From: an uncultured Clostridium sp.
Lineage (GTDB): Bacteria; Bacillota; Clostridia; Christensenellales; CAG-138
Assembly: GCA_964392455.1 (NCBI GenBank)
Contig: CAYMPG010000004.1
Location: 7,537-71,536, forward strand
Direction of reading: 5' to 3'
DNA: 64,000 nucleotides
The translations under genes and the position numbers were made by a program. Of this stretch, positions 9,258 through 18,477 are shown in pieces. A model generated the notes under the pieces. The model was not told the origin of the DNA, made no database searches, and saw nothing but the letters and a program-made list of their open reading frames with translations. Position 1 is the stretch's first letter. Each line of letters begins with the position of its first letter.

Positions 9258-10457
9258 ATGGCAAATGTAAAGATTAGCCCCATCGGCCTTTTGGATATGC
9301 TGTACTTCAAGGGCAAAAAGGTAAAGCGTGAAAAGCACATAATGGAAACCGAAGCAAAGCCCCTTGCAGCGGATTATCCCACCAACATCAAGGCGGCAGA
9401 GCGCCATCCTGATACGCAGGAGTTCATCATATCAGAAATCATCGAAGAAAACTCCGATACCCGCACATACATTCTCCGCAAAAAGGACGGCACCAACCCT
9501 GCCTTCTTCCGGGCAGGACAGTACCTCGTGGTGCGCCAGTATATTGACGGCAAGCTCATTGCCCGGCCTGTGTCCCTATCCTCAGGCCCGGAGGATGCCC
9601 TGAATGGCTTCTGCTCCATAACGGTAAAGCGTGTACCTGACGGCTTCATGAGCAAGTACATACTGGATAACTGGAGCATAGGCGATACCGTCACCACCTC
9701 AGGCCCCCAGGGCGTATTCTATTACGAGGGCCTCAGGGATGCCCCCAAGGTCATAGCCGCAGTGGGCGGCAGCGGCATCACCCCCGTTCTGTCCATGGCC
9801 AAGGCCATAGCCTCCGGCGATGAGGACTTTGACCTGACCATACTCTATGGCAGCCGCAGCAGGGAGGATATGCTCTTTGCAGAGGTGCTGGAGGGCATTA
9901 CCCAAAGGACACCCAAGGTAAAGCTGGTAAATGTATTTTCAGACAAGGCCGAGGAGGGCGCCGAAAGCGGCTTTATCACGGCTGAGCTCATTAAAAAATA
10001 CGCAGGCGATGGCCAGTTCAGCGTATTTGCCGCAGGCCCCCAGACCATGTATCGCTTCCTTGACGGAGAGGTACGCAAGCTGGGCCTCAGCGAAAAGTTC
10101 TACCGGAAGGAAATATTCGGCGCTTCCAAGGAGCCCTGGACTCTGCCCGGCTACCCTGCCCAGGCAAAGGACAAGACCTTCCAGCTCACGGTAAAGATGT
10201 GCGATAAGGTGTATGAAATACCCTGCGCCGCCAATGAAACGGTGCTGGTGGCGCTGGAGCGTGCAGGCATTGCAGGGCCAAATCGCTGCCGTGGCGGCAT
10301 ATGCGGCTGGTGCCGCAGCAAGCTGCTTGCAGGCGATGTATTCATCCCTGAGGATACCGACGGCCGCCGTGCAGCAGATAAGGTATATGGCTACATACAC
10401 CCCTGCGCCTCCTACGCCGTAAGCGATTTGACCATCGAAGTACCCTTTAACAAATAA
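9258..10457 (+). CDS. ferredoxin-NAD(P)+ reductase-like protein with C-terminal 2Fe-2S ferredoxin domain
   Basis: FAD motif RPVSLSS, NAD motif GGSGITP, C-terminal Cys cluster CRGGICGWCRSK...C. ATG lies 1 nt after the upstream stop, with a GGAGAAGGAGGG RBS. Confidence 0.8.
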   Translation: MANVKISPIGLLDMLYFKGKKVKREKHIMETEAKPLAADYPTNIKAAERHPDTQEFIISEIIEENSDTRTYILRKKDGTNPAFFRAGQYLVVRQYIDGKLIARPVSLSSGPEDALNGFCSITVKRVPDGFMSKYILDNWSIGDTVTTSGPQGVFYYEGLRDAPKVIAAVGGSGITPVLSMAKAIASGDEDFDLTILYGSRSREDMLFAEVLEGITQRTPKVKLVNVFSDKAEEGAESGFITAELIKKYAGDGQFSVFAAGPQTMYRFLDGEVRKLGLSEKFYRKEIFGASKEPWTLPGYPAQAKDKTFQLTVKMCDKVYEIPCAANETVLVALERAGIAGPNRCRGGICGWCRSKLLAGDVFIPEDTDGRRAADKVYGYIHPCASYAVSDLTIEVPFNK

Positions 10458-10473
10458 AAGCATTTTGCAAAGC

Positions 10474-10515
10474 AAAAAAACATCAGAGTGTCTGCAAACG
10501 CTCTGATGTTTTTTA
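10474..10515. terminator. bidirectional intrinsic terminator
   Basis: AAAAAACATCAGAG ... CTCTGATGTTTTTT hairpin between convergent genes. Confidence 0.7.
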
Positions 10516-10535
10516 TAATATGGTAATCTGCTTTA

Positions 10536-11501
10536 TTATTTTCTCATATCGGATATAAGCTGGGGCAGTGTTTCGTAGCCGGTAAGGGCGCTGTTTGCCT
10601 GGCTGAAGGCAAGCACATCGTTTTCCACCTCTGCCCAGCCCTGCACCGGGTTCACCGGGAAGGCATTATCCTGCTTTGCATCCGGGCTGTCCGTAAGGAA
10701 GAATAGATAGGTGCAGCCCTCCTTAAGCTCCATTATATCATTTTTGCCAAAGGATACAGGCTCAAGGGTGGCACTGTCTATCATGCCGACAGCGGATTCG
10801 GGTATGTACATGAGCTGAACGGTGCTGCCGTACTTAAGGGCACCCTTCACGCTGCCGTATACCTCAAGGGCAACTGTAGCAGCCGGGGCCTTTCTTTCTA
10901 CGGTGCTTCCTCCCTCCTGGGAGCGGAAACTGGTGTTTTTCATGGAGGATACCGACTGCACCCTGCCTATGAATATGCTTTCCGAGGCCTCCATAAGCGC
11001 CTCAAGGCTGCTGTGATAATATACGGCTGCATGGGAGGTGACTATTTTGTCCATGTCTGCCATGTCTTTTTTTATGTAATCAAGGGATATCTCTGCGCCG
11101 CCGTATTCCACCGTATCGTTGGTTATAACGAAGGGCTCGGCGGATACTGATATATAGGTCTGCTGATCCTCGGCAAAGTGCACATCCTCTCCGTTGCTAA
11201 GATACAGCAGATATTCGCTGCCCTCGCTGAGCTGATCCTTTACCTGAAGAAGCTGGCCCTGCTCTGCATTGCCTGCAAGCACTTCATCCACCCTGATGCG
11301 GCTGACTGTGGCCCCATCGGCCCCGGTAAACGTATCCTGGCATTTTCCGGATATTACAAGGGAAGCGCTGCGGTAGCTCTGCCGTGCGTCTGAAATGAAC
11401 CTTTCCCCGGTAACTCCGCCTGCCGGGAGCACCATGCCTATCATAAGCGCCGCCGTGCATGCGGCAAGCAGTGTGATAAGGGTGATGTGTTTGCTTTTCA
11501 T
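10536..11501 (-). CDS. hypothetical membrane-anchored or lipoprotein-like protein with two internally repeated domains
   Basis: Start moved to MKSKHITLITLLAAC (ATG 11501, GGAGG RBS). N-terminal hydrophobic anchor with LAAC. Two homologous halves (ISGKC..YLLYLS and IGRVQ..YLFFLT). No family recognised. Confidence 0.6.
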   Translation of the reverse strand: MKSKHITLITLLAACTAALMIGMVLPAGGVTGERFISDARQSYRSASLVISGKCQDTFTGADGATVSRIRVDEVLAGNAEQGQLLQVKDQLSEGSEYLLYLSNGEDVHFAEDQQTYISVSAEPFVITNDTVEYGGAEISLDYIKKDMADMDKIVTSHAAVYYHSSLEALMEASESIFIGRVQSVSSMKNTSFRSQEGGSTVERKAPAATVALEVYGSVKGALKYGSTVQLMYIPESAVGMIDSATLEPVSFGKNDIMELKEGCTYLFFLTDSPDAKQDNAFPVNPVQGWAEVENDVLAFSQANSALTGYETLPQLISDMRK

Positions 11502-11588
11502 TTTCCGCCTCCTTTCCAGTGAGGATGCCCTGTAGGAAATAAATTCCTCTCTACTGTATATAACGTATGTAATGGCCAAATGGTTGCA

Positions 11589-12182
11589 TTACATTTCTCT
11601 GCGGCCCTCCATGGCCTTGAGCAGAGTCATTTCATCCACATATTCAAGGTTGCCGCCTATGGGTATGCCGTGGGCTATGCGGGTGGCCTTTATGCCCCGC
11701 TGCTTCAGCAGCTTGGATATGTATACTGCGGTGGCCTCCCCCTCAACATCCGGATTGGTAGCAAGTATCACCTCGGTGATGCCCTCCTTATCCAGCCTGT
11801 CCATAAGCTCCTTTATGCGTATATCCTCCGGGCCCACCCCGTCCATTGGGGATATGGTGCCGCCCAGCACATGATATGCCCCGCGGAATTCCCGCATTTT
11901 TTCCATGGAAACTATGTCCCTTGCATCCTCCACCACGCAGAGGGTGCCGCTTTTGCGGGCAGGGTCTCTGCAAATGGCGCAGGGGTCACTATCGGTATAG
12001 TTGCCGCATATGGGGCAGTGATGTATGGTATCCCTGGCCCGGTTTATTGCGGCAGCTATTTCCCTTGCCGCAGGCTCAGGCATATCCAGAATAAAGTATG
12101 CAAGCCGCTGGGCGCTTTTTGCTCCCACTCCGGGCAGGCGGCTAAGCTGCGCCACCAATGCGCCTATCGGATCATTTGCCAT
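11589..12182 (-). CDS. recR: recombination protein RecR
   Basis: 197 aa with HhH, a C4 zinc finger (CPICGNYTDSDPCAIC) and a Toprim domain. Confidence 0.95.
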   Translation of the reverse strand: MANDPIGALVAQLSRLPGVGAKSAQRLAYFILDMPEPAAREIAAAINRARDTIHHCPICGNYTDSDPCAICRDPARKSGTLCVVEDARDIVSMEKMREFRGAYHVLGGTISPMDGVGPEDIRIKELMDRLDKEGITEVILATNPDVEGEATAVYISKLLKQRGIKATRIAHGIPIGGNLEYVDEMTLLKAMEGRREM

Positions 12183-12185
12183 GGC

Positions 12186-12521
12186 TTAGAACCCAAGCCC
12201 CATGCCGCCGGTGAGCCTGCCCATTTCGGAATTGACAGCCTCATCAGCCATGCGTATAGCCTCATTTACAGCGGAAAGCACCAAATCCTGCAGCATCTCC
12301 ACATCGTCAGGGTCTACACAGGATGGATCTATCTCTATGGACTTAAGGGTCTTGCTGCCGTATGCCGTAGCCTTTACCACGCCGCCGCCCACTGTGGCAG
12401 TGAACTCACGGGCCTGAAGCTCCTCCTGCATGCGCTGCATATCCTGCTGCATTTTCTGAGCCTGCTTCATAAGCTGCTGCATATTTGCCCCGCCCATTCC
12501 GGGGAATCCGCCTTTTGCCAT
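12186..12521 (-). CDS. ybaB: YbaB/EbfC family nucleoid-associated protein
   Basis: 111 aa; [23 protein letters not shown] is typical. Lies directly upstream of recR. Confidence 0.95.
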   Translation of the reverse strand: MAKGGFPGMGGANMQQLMKQAQKMQQDMQRMQEELQAREFTATVGGGVVKATAYGSKTLKSIEIDPSCVDPDDVEMLQDLVLSAVNEAIRMADEAVNSEMGRLTGGMGLGF

Positions 12522-12580
12522 TGTTTACCTCCGGGATTTACTCATGGTGAATACAGGCTGACCTACTTCACCCTGTGGGA

Positions 12581-12609
12581 ATTATACCACACTTTGTATG
12601 GGTATTCAA
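12581..12609 (-). promoter_or_regulatory. sigma-A type promoter for ybaB-recR
   Basis: Minus strand reads TTGAAT, 17-nt spacer, TATAAT (preceded by TGG), about 60 nt upstream of the ybaB ATG. Confidence 0.6.
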
Positions 12610-12743
12610 CGAAGCACCGCAAAATACAGACTTTTGTAATGATTTTCCATAGTTTTGACACGCTTTGGTCATATGGGCGCATAGCTTTTGTCATAAAGAG
12701 GGCCTTCCCGCCCGAAAGCAGAAAGGCCCGCACCAATGCATAA

Positions 12744-14393
12744 TCAATCTATCGTTCTGAAGGCCTTGCCAAAAAGGTCTCTCCCCGTCTCCTCCAGCGT
12801 GGCCTGAGCCCCCATGGAGAGGCGCAGGGTATAGCCGGGTATGGCCTCCGCAGCGGCAGCATTCAGCTTATCCGCTCCGTTTTTATCTGTAAGGGTCTTA
12901 TATGACATCTCCCTGTCGAACTTTACGACAAGGATGCCATTTGCCGCCTCTGTGGGCTTGCCAAATCTTGCAAGCACGCTGAGAGCAGCATCCACCTCAC
13001 TGAGCTTTTTTATCACCGCATCCCACAGGGCCTTGGGTTCTCCTTCTGCCGCGGGCTCCACGGCAGCCCTTGCTGCCGGCTCCTGTGCAGGCGGCTGCTT
13101 TGCCGGGGCCTGCCGCCTTACCTTTGGCGGATCCGGGTCAAAGGGAGGCTCCTCATCAAAGGGCGGCGCAGAGTCAAAGTCCGGCATGGGGGGCGCAGGC
13201 GGCTCCTCCTGCCTGCTATACGCCGGGGCTGCAATAGCTCCCTGCTTTATCTCCCGCTCCAGCTTTTCCACTCTTTCCAGTATATCATCCAGGGTGCGCT
13301 TTTCCTCGGGGCGCGCTATGCGTACCAGGGTGCTTTCTATCAGCGCCCGCTGGGAGGTCACGGTGCGTAGCCTGCCCTCGGCCTGCAATAGCAGCTCATT
13401 GGCCCTTAGCAGGCGCATTTCTCCTGCGTCCTTTGCCTGCTGCTGATAGAGGGCCATGGCATCCTCGGTGCAATCCAGCACATCGCTGCAATGGCCGCAC
13501 AGCTTTGTGACGAGCAGGGCCCGCATATGCAGCGTCATATCGTTAAGAAACACTTTAAGGTCTCTGCCATCTCGCACTACCCTGTCCAGCAGTCTTAATA
13601 CCCGGGGGGAATCTGCCGATATCAGCGCCTCTGACATTTCAAACAGGAACCCCTCCTCCATGCTGCCCAGCACGCCGTATACATCCTCTGTGGATACATA
13701 ATTGCCGCAGAAGGACAGGCACTGGTCTGCAAGGGAAAGGCAGTCTCTCATGCCGCCCTCTGCCGCCCGGGCTATGGCCAGCATGCCTTCATCCTCTATC
13801 TCTGCCCCTATCTGAAGCAGTATTTCCCTCATTCGGCGCACCATATCCCCCACGCTCAGCCTGTGAAAATCCATTCGCTGACAGCGGGAGATTATGGTGG
13901 CAGGTATCTTCTGGGCCTCTGTGGTAGCCAGTATGAACATTACATGGGCCGGCGGCTCCTCAAGAGTTTTAAGCAGGGCATGAAATGCAGTATTTGAGGC
14001 GGCAAGGGCATGGGCCTCGTCTATTATGTACACCTTGCGCTTCAGCTCAAGGGGCATAAAGGAGGCCTTTTCGATTATATCCCTTATGTCATTTACGCTG
14101 TTATTGCTGGCGGCGTCCAGCTCCACTATATCTGCACATTCGCCTGCGGTCTTAAGGCAGGCCTCGCATTTTCCGCAGGGCTCACCATCCACCGGCGAAA
14201 GGCAGTTTACCGCCCTTGCAAGTATCCTTGCGGCGCTGGTCTTGCCGGTGCCTCTGGTGCCGGCAAAAAGGTATGCATGGGCCGTCTGGCCTGACTGCAC
14301 CTGGTTTTTAAGTATGGTAGTTATATGATCCTGGCCTATCATTTCGGAAAATGTGACCGGGCGATATTGCCTGTAAAGGGCACGGTAGCTCAT
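12744..14393 (-). CDS. dnaX: DNA polymerase III subunit gamma/tau
   Basis: 549 aa with Walker A GTRGTGKTS, a zinc module (CGKCEAC) and the SRC motif (IISRCQRMDF). Confidence 0.95.
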   Translation of the reverse strand: MSYRALYRQYRPVTFSEMIGQDHITTILKNQVQSGQTAHAYLFAGTRGTGKTSAARILARAVNCLSPVDGEPCGKCEACLKTAGECADIVELDAASNNSVNDIRDIIEKASFMPLELKRKVYIIDEAHALAASNTAFHALLKTLEEPPAHVMFILATTEAQKIPATIISRCQRMDFHRLSVGDMVRRMREILLQIGAEIEDEGMLAIARAAEGGMRDCLSLADQCLSFCGNYVSTEDVYGVLGSMEEGFLFEMSEALISADSPRVLRLLDRVVRDGRDLKVFLNDMTLHMRALLVTKLCGHCSDVLDCTEDAMALYQQQAKDAGEMRLLRANELLLQAEGRLRTVTSQRALIESTLVRIARPEEKRTLDDILERVEKLEREIKQGAIAAPAYSRQEEPPAPPMPDFDSAPPFDEEPPFDPDPPKVRRQAPAKQPPAQEPAARAAVEPAAEGEPKALWDAVIKKLSEVDAALSVLARFGKPTEAANGILVVKFDREMSYKTLTDKNGADKLNAAAAEAIPGYTLRLSMGAQATLEETGRDLFGKAFRTID

Positions 14394-14463
14394 GTAAGCA
14401 CCTCACAAAAATATTTTCACTAATAGCATTTTAACATTCTGCCCCGGAGCAAACAAGGGATTG

Positions 14464-14492
14464 TTGCCATCCCCCGCCAAATAAAGTATAAT
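14464..14492 (+). promoter_or_regulatory. sigma-A type promoter for trpS
   Basis: TTGCCA, 17-nt spacer, TATAAT. The leader is only about 40 nt. Confidence 0.55.
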
Positions 14493-14534
14493 ATTTCGAT
14501 GAAACCCGCTTATCAAATGGAGGTATATACCAAA

Positions 14535-15536
14535 ATGCTCGAAACCCAGAAAAAGATCGTTCTCAGCGGAATACAGCCCTCCGGCTCCCCCACATTGGGC
14601 AACTATGTGGGTGCGCTGAAAAACTGGTATCTTCTCCAGACAGAGGACAGATACTGCTATTACTGCGTTGCAAATATGCATGCCCTCACCGTCCGTCAGG
14701 ACCCTGCCGAGCTTCGCAAGCGTGCCACCGATACCATAGCGCTGCTGCTGGCCTGCGGCATAGACCCGGAAAAGTCCGTCCTTTTCATACAGTCCCACGT
14801 GCCTGAGCACGCCGAGCTCAACTGGGTGCTTTGCTGCAATACCTATATGGGTGAGCTTTCCCGCATGACCCAGTTTAAGGATAAATCCGCCAAGCACGCC
14901 GACAATATCAATGCCGGCCTTTTCACCTACCCTGTGCTTATGGCGGGAGACATACTGCTGTATCAGTCAGACCTGGTGCCTGTGGGTGCAGATCAGAAGC
15001 AGCACATTGAGATCGCCCGTGATATAGCCATCCGCTTTAACAATGCCTATGGCGAGGCCTTCACAGTACCCGAGGGCTTTATGCCCAAAATCGGCGGCAG
15101 GGTTATGAGCCTGCAGGATCCCTCCATGAAGATGAGCAAATCTGACCCCAATCCCAATGGATTTGTGGCCATTATGGACGATCCCGCCGTCATAATGAAA
15201 AAATTCAAGCGTGCCGTTACCGACAGCGATACCTTCATCGCCTTTGATCCTGAAAACAAGCCCGGCGTATCCAACCTGCTCTCCATTTACACCTCCTTTA
15301 CAGGCCTTACCATGGATGAAGCAGTTGCACACTTTGACGGGCTGGGCTATGGCTCCCTTAAGACTGAGGTGGCTGAGGCGGTCATCGCCGGGCTGGAGCC
15401 TGTGCAGGCAGAGTACAAGCGTGTCCTTGCAGACAAGGCATACCTTGAAAAAGTAATCACAGACGGCGCCGAAAAGGCCCGTGCTCAGGCCTCCCGCACC
15501 CTTCGCAAGGTGTACAGAAAGGTCGGCCTTGCCTGA
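14535..15536 (+). CDS. trpS: tryptophan--tRNA ligase
   Basis: Start set at MLETQKKIVLSGIQPSG (GGAGG RBS at 14518). KMSKS motif present. Confidence 0.9.
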   Translation: MLETQKKIVLSGIQPSGSPTLGNYVGALKNWYLLQTEDRYCYYCVANMHALTVRQDPAELRKRATDTIALLLACGIDPEKSVLFIQSHVPEHAELNWVLCCNTYMGELSRMTQFKDKSAKHADNINAGLFTYPVLMAGDILLYQSDLVPVGADQKQHIEIARDIAIRFNNAYGEAFTVPEGFMPKIGGRVMSLQDPSMKMSKSDPNPNGFVAIMDDPAVIMKKFKRAVTDSDTFIAFDPENKPGVSNLLSIYTSFTGLTMDEAVAHFDGLGYGSLKTEVAEAVIAGLEPVQAEYKRVLADKAYLEKVITDGAEKARAQASRTLRKVYRKVGLA

Positions 15537-15556
15537 TACGATTTTTAAGCTGCCCA

Positions 15557-15585
15557 AGCCGTTCTCCTGTGAGAGCGGCTTTTTC
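15557..15585 (+). terminator. intrinsic terminator after trpS
   Basis: AGCCGTTCTC ctgt GAGAGCGGCT followed by TTTT. Confidence 0.65.
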
Positions 15586-15690
15586 ATTTGCCCATGATTC
15601 AATTTTTTGAAATAATGTTGTCAGTTTCATTGCACCGGGGGCCGCAGAATGATACAATAAACCATATAAAACTACGAAAGGCAGCAAAAA

Positions 15691-16542
15691 ATGGCCTGTT
15701 CAGAAAAAAAGATAAAGCTCCTTGCAGATTCCTCAAGCGACCTGCTGTGCATGGATGGAGTGGACTACGCCTCTGTTCCCCTGATAATATCCGCAAACGG
15801 CGTAGACTATGTGGATGACGAAAAGCTGGATACCCACGCAATGCTGGATGACCTTATGGCTCACAAGGGCCGCTCCTATACTGCCTGCCCCGGGGTGGAG
15901 CAGTGGATGCAGGGCTTTGACGGGGCAGATGAAATATACGTGGCCACCATCACCAGCAACCTTTCAGGCTCATACAATGCTGCCTGCGCTGCCCGTGACA
16001 TTTATCTGCATGACCATCCCGATGCAAAAATATGCATATTCGATACCCTTTCCACAGGGCCTGAGATGCTGCTGTTTATGGAAAAGGTGGCAGCGCTCGT
16101 AAAGGAGCATATCCCCTTTGAGGATGTTTGCCGCCAGGCCAGAGATTACCTTAAGGGCACCCGTCTATTCTTCGTGCTGGAATCGCTCCACTGTCTGGCC
16201 CAGAATGGCAGGGTCAGCAAGCTCACCGCCTCTGCCGTGGAAATGCTGGGCATGCGCCTTTTAGGCACCGCCAGCACCGAGGGCACCCTTGAGGTGCTTA
16301 CAAAGGTGCGGGGCAAGGTAAGGGCAAAGGCTGCGCTGCTGGAGCATCTTAAGGAGGCTCTCTATCACGGCGGGCGCATGGCCATATCATACGTTGAAAA
16401 TCTGGAGCTGGCCCAGGCGGTAAAGGAAGCCATATTAAAGGAATTCCCCGGGGCGGACATATCCGTATACCCCGCCCGTGGCCTGTGCAGCTACTATGCT
16501 GAGCGTGGCGGCCTGCTGCTGGGCTGCGAATGTGACAAATAG
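15691..16542 (+). CDS. DegV family fatty-acid-binding protein
   Basis: 283 aa with typical DegV N-terminus (KLLADSSSDL) and SGSYNAA motif. Confidence 0.9.
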   Translation: MACSEKKIKLLADSSSDLLCMDGVDYASVPLIISANGVDYVDDEKLDTHAMLDDLMAHKGRSYTACPGVEQWMQGFDGADEIYVATITSNLSGSYNAACAARDIYLHDHPDAKICIFDTLSTGPEMLLFMEKVAALVKEHIPFEDVCRQARDYLKGTRLFFVLESLHCLAQNGRVSKLTASAVEMLGMRLLGTASTEGTLEVLTKVRGKVRAKAALLEHLKEALYHGGRMAISYVENLELAQAVKEAILKEFPGADISVYPARGLCSYYAERGGLLLGCECDK

Positions 16543-16548
16543 CATAAC

Positions 16549-16581
16549 AAAGCCGTTTACCACAATGGTAAGCGGCTTTTT
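16549..16581 (+). terminator. intrinsic terminator after degV-family gene
   Basis: AAAGCCGTTTACC acaa GGTAAGCGGCTTT followed by a T-run. Confidence 0.7.
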
Positions 16582-16630
16582 AAATGCTTCGATTTTTATC
16601 CTTCCCGTTCGCTGCCGGGCAGGATTACAA

Positions 16631-16665
16631 AATAAATATCCCTCCTATGCGGAGGGATATTTATT
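16631..16665 (-). terminator. hairpin terminator downstream of glyA
   Basis: 15-bp stem AATAAATATCCCTCC / GGAGGGATATTTATT. Confidence 0.55.
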
Positions 16666-16684
16666 TATTGTTTTATCCTTTTCT

Positions 16685-17932
16685 TCAGTTCAGCTCATCA
16701 TACAGAGGATGCCTTGCGGTCATCTCCCTTACTGCGGCGCTCACCTCAGGCAGCGCTGCCTCTCCTTCCCTTATTACCCGGGCAATGAGCCTGCCTATAT
16801 ATGCAAACTCCTCCTCGTTGAAGCCACGGGTAGTGGCAGCCGGAGTGCCTATGCGAAGGCCGCTCGTTTCCCGCATACTGCGGGTATCGTTGGGCACGGT
16901 GTTTTTATTCAGGGTGATGTGGGCCCTGTCCAGCAGCTCCTCTGCCTGCCTGCCGCTTATTCCATCAGGGCCAAGGTCAACAAGCATAAGGTGGTTATCC
17001 GTGCCGCCGGATACCAGCCGCAGCCCTTCCTCTGCAAGGCTGCCCGCTATTGCCCTGGCATTGCTCAGCACACGCTGCTGATACTCCCTGAACTCGGGGC
17101 TCTGGGCCGCCTCAAGGCATACTGCCTTTGCCGCAATTATGTGCATAAGGGGGCCGCCCTGTATGCCTGGGAATATGGCCTTATCTATGGCCTGGGCATA
17201 GCTGCTTCTGCAAAGTATCATGCCGCCCCTTGGGCCGCGCAGCGTTTTATGGGTTGTGGTGGTGACAACGTCAGCATAGGGCACGGGGTTCATGTGCAGA
17301 CCTGCCGCCACAAGCCCCGCAATATGGGCCATATCCACCATCAGCAGCGCCTCTGCCTCATCGGCTATCCGGCGAAATGCTGCGAAATCTATGGCTCTCG
17401 GATATGCCGATGCACCTGCAACTATCAGCCTTGGCCGGTATTTCAGGGCCATTTCCCTTACCATATCGTAATCTATGGTTTCAGTGGCAGGATTCAGCCC
17501 GTATGATATGAATTCATACTGCCTGCCCGAAAAATTCACCGGGCTGCCATGGGTTAGATGCCCCCCGTGGGAAAGGTCCATGCCCAGCACCCTGTCGCCA
17601 TTTTTAAGGAGCGCATGGTACACCGCCATATTCGCCCCCGAGCCGCTATGGGGCTGCACGTTTGCATGCTCAGCGCCAAAAAGCTCGCATGCCCTTTCCC
17701 GGGCAATATTTTCCACCTTATCCACATACCCGCAGCCGCCATAATAGCGCCTGCCGGGATAGCCCTCTGCGTATTTATTGGTAAGGTGGCTGCCCGCCGC
17801 CGCCATAACTGCGGGGGAGACGAAGTTTTCAGAGGCGATAAGCTCTATATGGCTGCGCTGGCGCTCAAGCTCCTGCTCCATTGCCTCAGCCACATCCGGC
17901 GCAGTTCGCCGTATCAGTTCAATATCCATCAT
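16685..17932 (-). CDS. glyA: serine hydroxymethyltransferase
   Basis: Start set at MMDIELIRR (ATG 17932). Motifs ELIASENF and [14 protein letters not shown] (PLP lysine). Confidence 0.95.
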   Translation of the reverse strand: MMDIELIRRTAPDVAEAMEQELERQRSHIELIASENFVSPAVMAAAGSHLTNKYAEGYPGRRYYGGCGYVDKVENIARERACELFGAEHANVQPHSGSGANMAVYHALLKNGDRVLGMDLSHGGHLTHGSPVNFSGRQYEFISYGLNPATETIDYDMVREMALKYRPRLIVAGASAYPRAIDFAAFRRIADEAEALLMVDMAHIAGLVAAGLHMNPVPYADVVTTTTHKTLRGPRGGMILCRSSYAQAIDKAIFPGIQGGPLMHIIAAKAVCLEAAQSPEFREYQQRVLSNARAIAGSLAEEGLRLVSGGTDNHLMLVDLGPDGISGRQAEELLDRAHITLNKNTVPNDTRSMRETSGLRIGTPAATTRGFNEEEFAYIGRLIARVIREGEAALPEVSAAVREMTARHPLYDELN

Positions 17933-18057
17933 GCCGGTGTTTCCCCCTGCCTTCCTGCTTATTAACAGGGCCATTTTCGGCCCCTATAATGTGCGGCGGT
18001 CATACAACCGCCGCACGGATGCCTTATTTGCGTATTGTGTGCCTGAGCACCTGAGCG

Positions 18058-18474
18058 CTACTGCTCCTCGTGCCCCACCACATCTATCATCTGTGGCTTA
18101 AATTCCCCCATGCGGGCAAACCGGGGATTCAGCCCCTTAAGGATAAAGAAGGCTGCGCCGCAAAGGAGTATTCCACCCACTGCCGCATATATGTCGCCAA
18201 TGCGGCTGCCTATGGCCGCCCCTGCCACAAGACCGATAAGAGGCACGCCGTAGGCTATGGCGCTGGCCTTAAGCATGCTGCCGCTGTGGAGCTGTATGGC
18301 AACCACATCTCCCTCCACAGCCTGGCAGGTATTCTCTATCTCTATATCCGCCTCGTTTGAGCCAAAGTGGAAGCAGGCATTGCAGTGCCCACACGCATCT
18401 GTGCGCTGAAAGCGCACCACCGCCATATCTCCCTTAAGCTCTACCACGCGGCCCGTCTGACGAAGCTCTGACAT
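18058..18474 (-). CDS. SoxR-reducing system RseC family protein
   Basis: 138 aa with N-terminal CGHCNAC motif and two C-terminal TM helices. Confidence 0.7.
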   Translation of the reverse strand: MSELRQTGRVVELKGDMAVVRFQRTDACGHCNACFHFGSNEADIEIENTCQAVEGDVVAIQLHSGSMLKASAIAYGVPLIGLVAGAAIGSRIGDIYAAVGGILLCGAAFFILKGLNPRFARMGEFKPQMIDVVGHEEQ

Positions 18475-18477
18475 TGC

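Noticed and set aside
7625-9340. 571-aa minus-strand ORF opposite the CrtI-like gene. Similar long antisense ORFs occur at 24672..25940, 42264..43529, 45241..46587, 59459..60907, 54988..56193, 48745..49764 and 30063..31319
   Set aside because: Where I checked the phase (7625..9340 versus 7631..9256) the ORF is codon-aligned antisense, the same shadow-ORF effect. The others show the same low-complexity G/A/L/H-rich composition and no recognisable domains or RBS, while the opposite strand has clear homologous genes.
14394-14534. Looked for a T-box leader for trpS and for an SRP (4.5S/scRNA) gene upstream of dnaX, as in Bacillus
   Set aside because: The divergent intergenic region is only about 140 nt and is occupied by two promoters. 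It has no GGUGGUACCGCG T-box sequence and no SRP domain IV motif.
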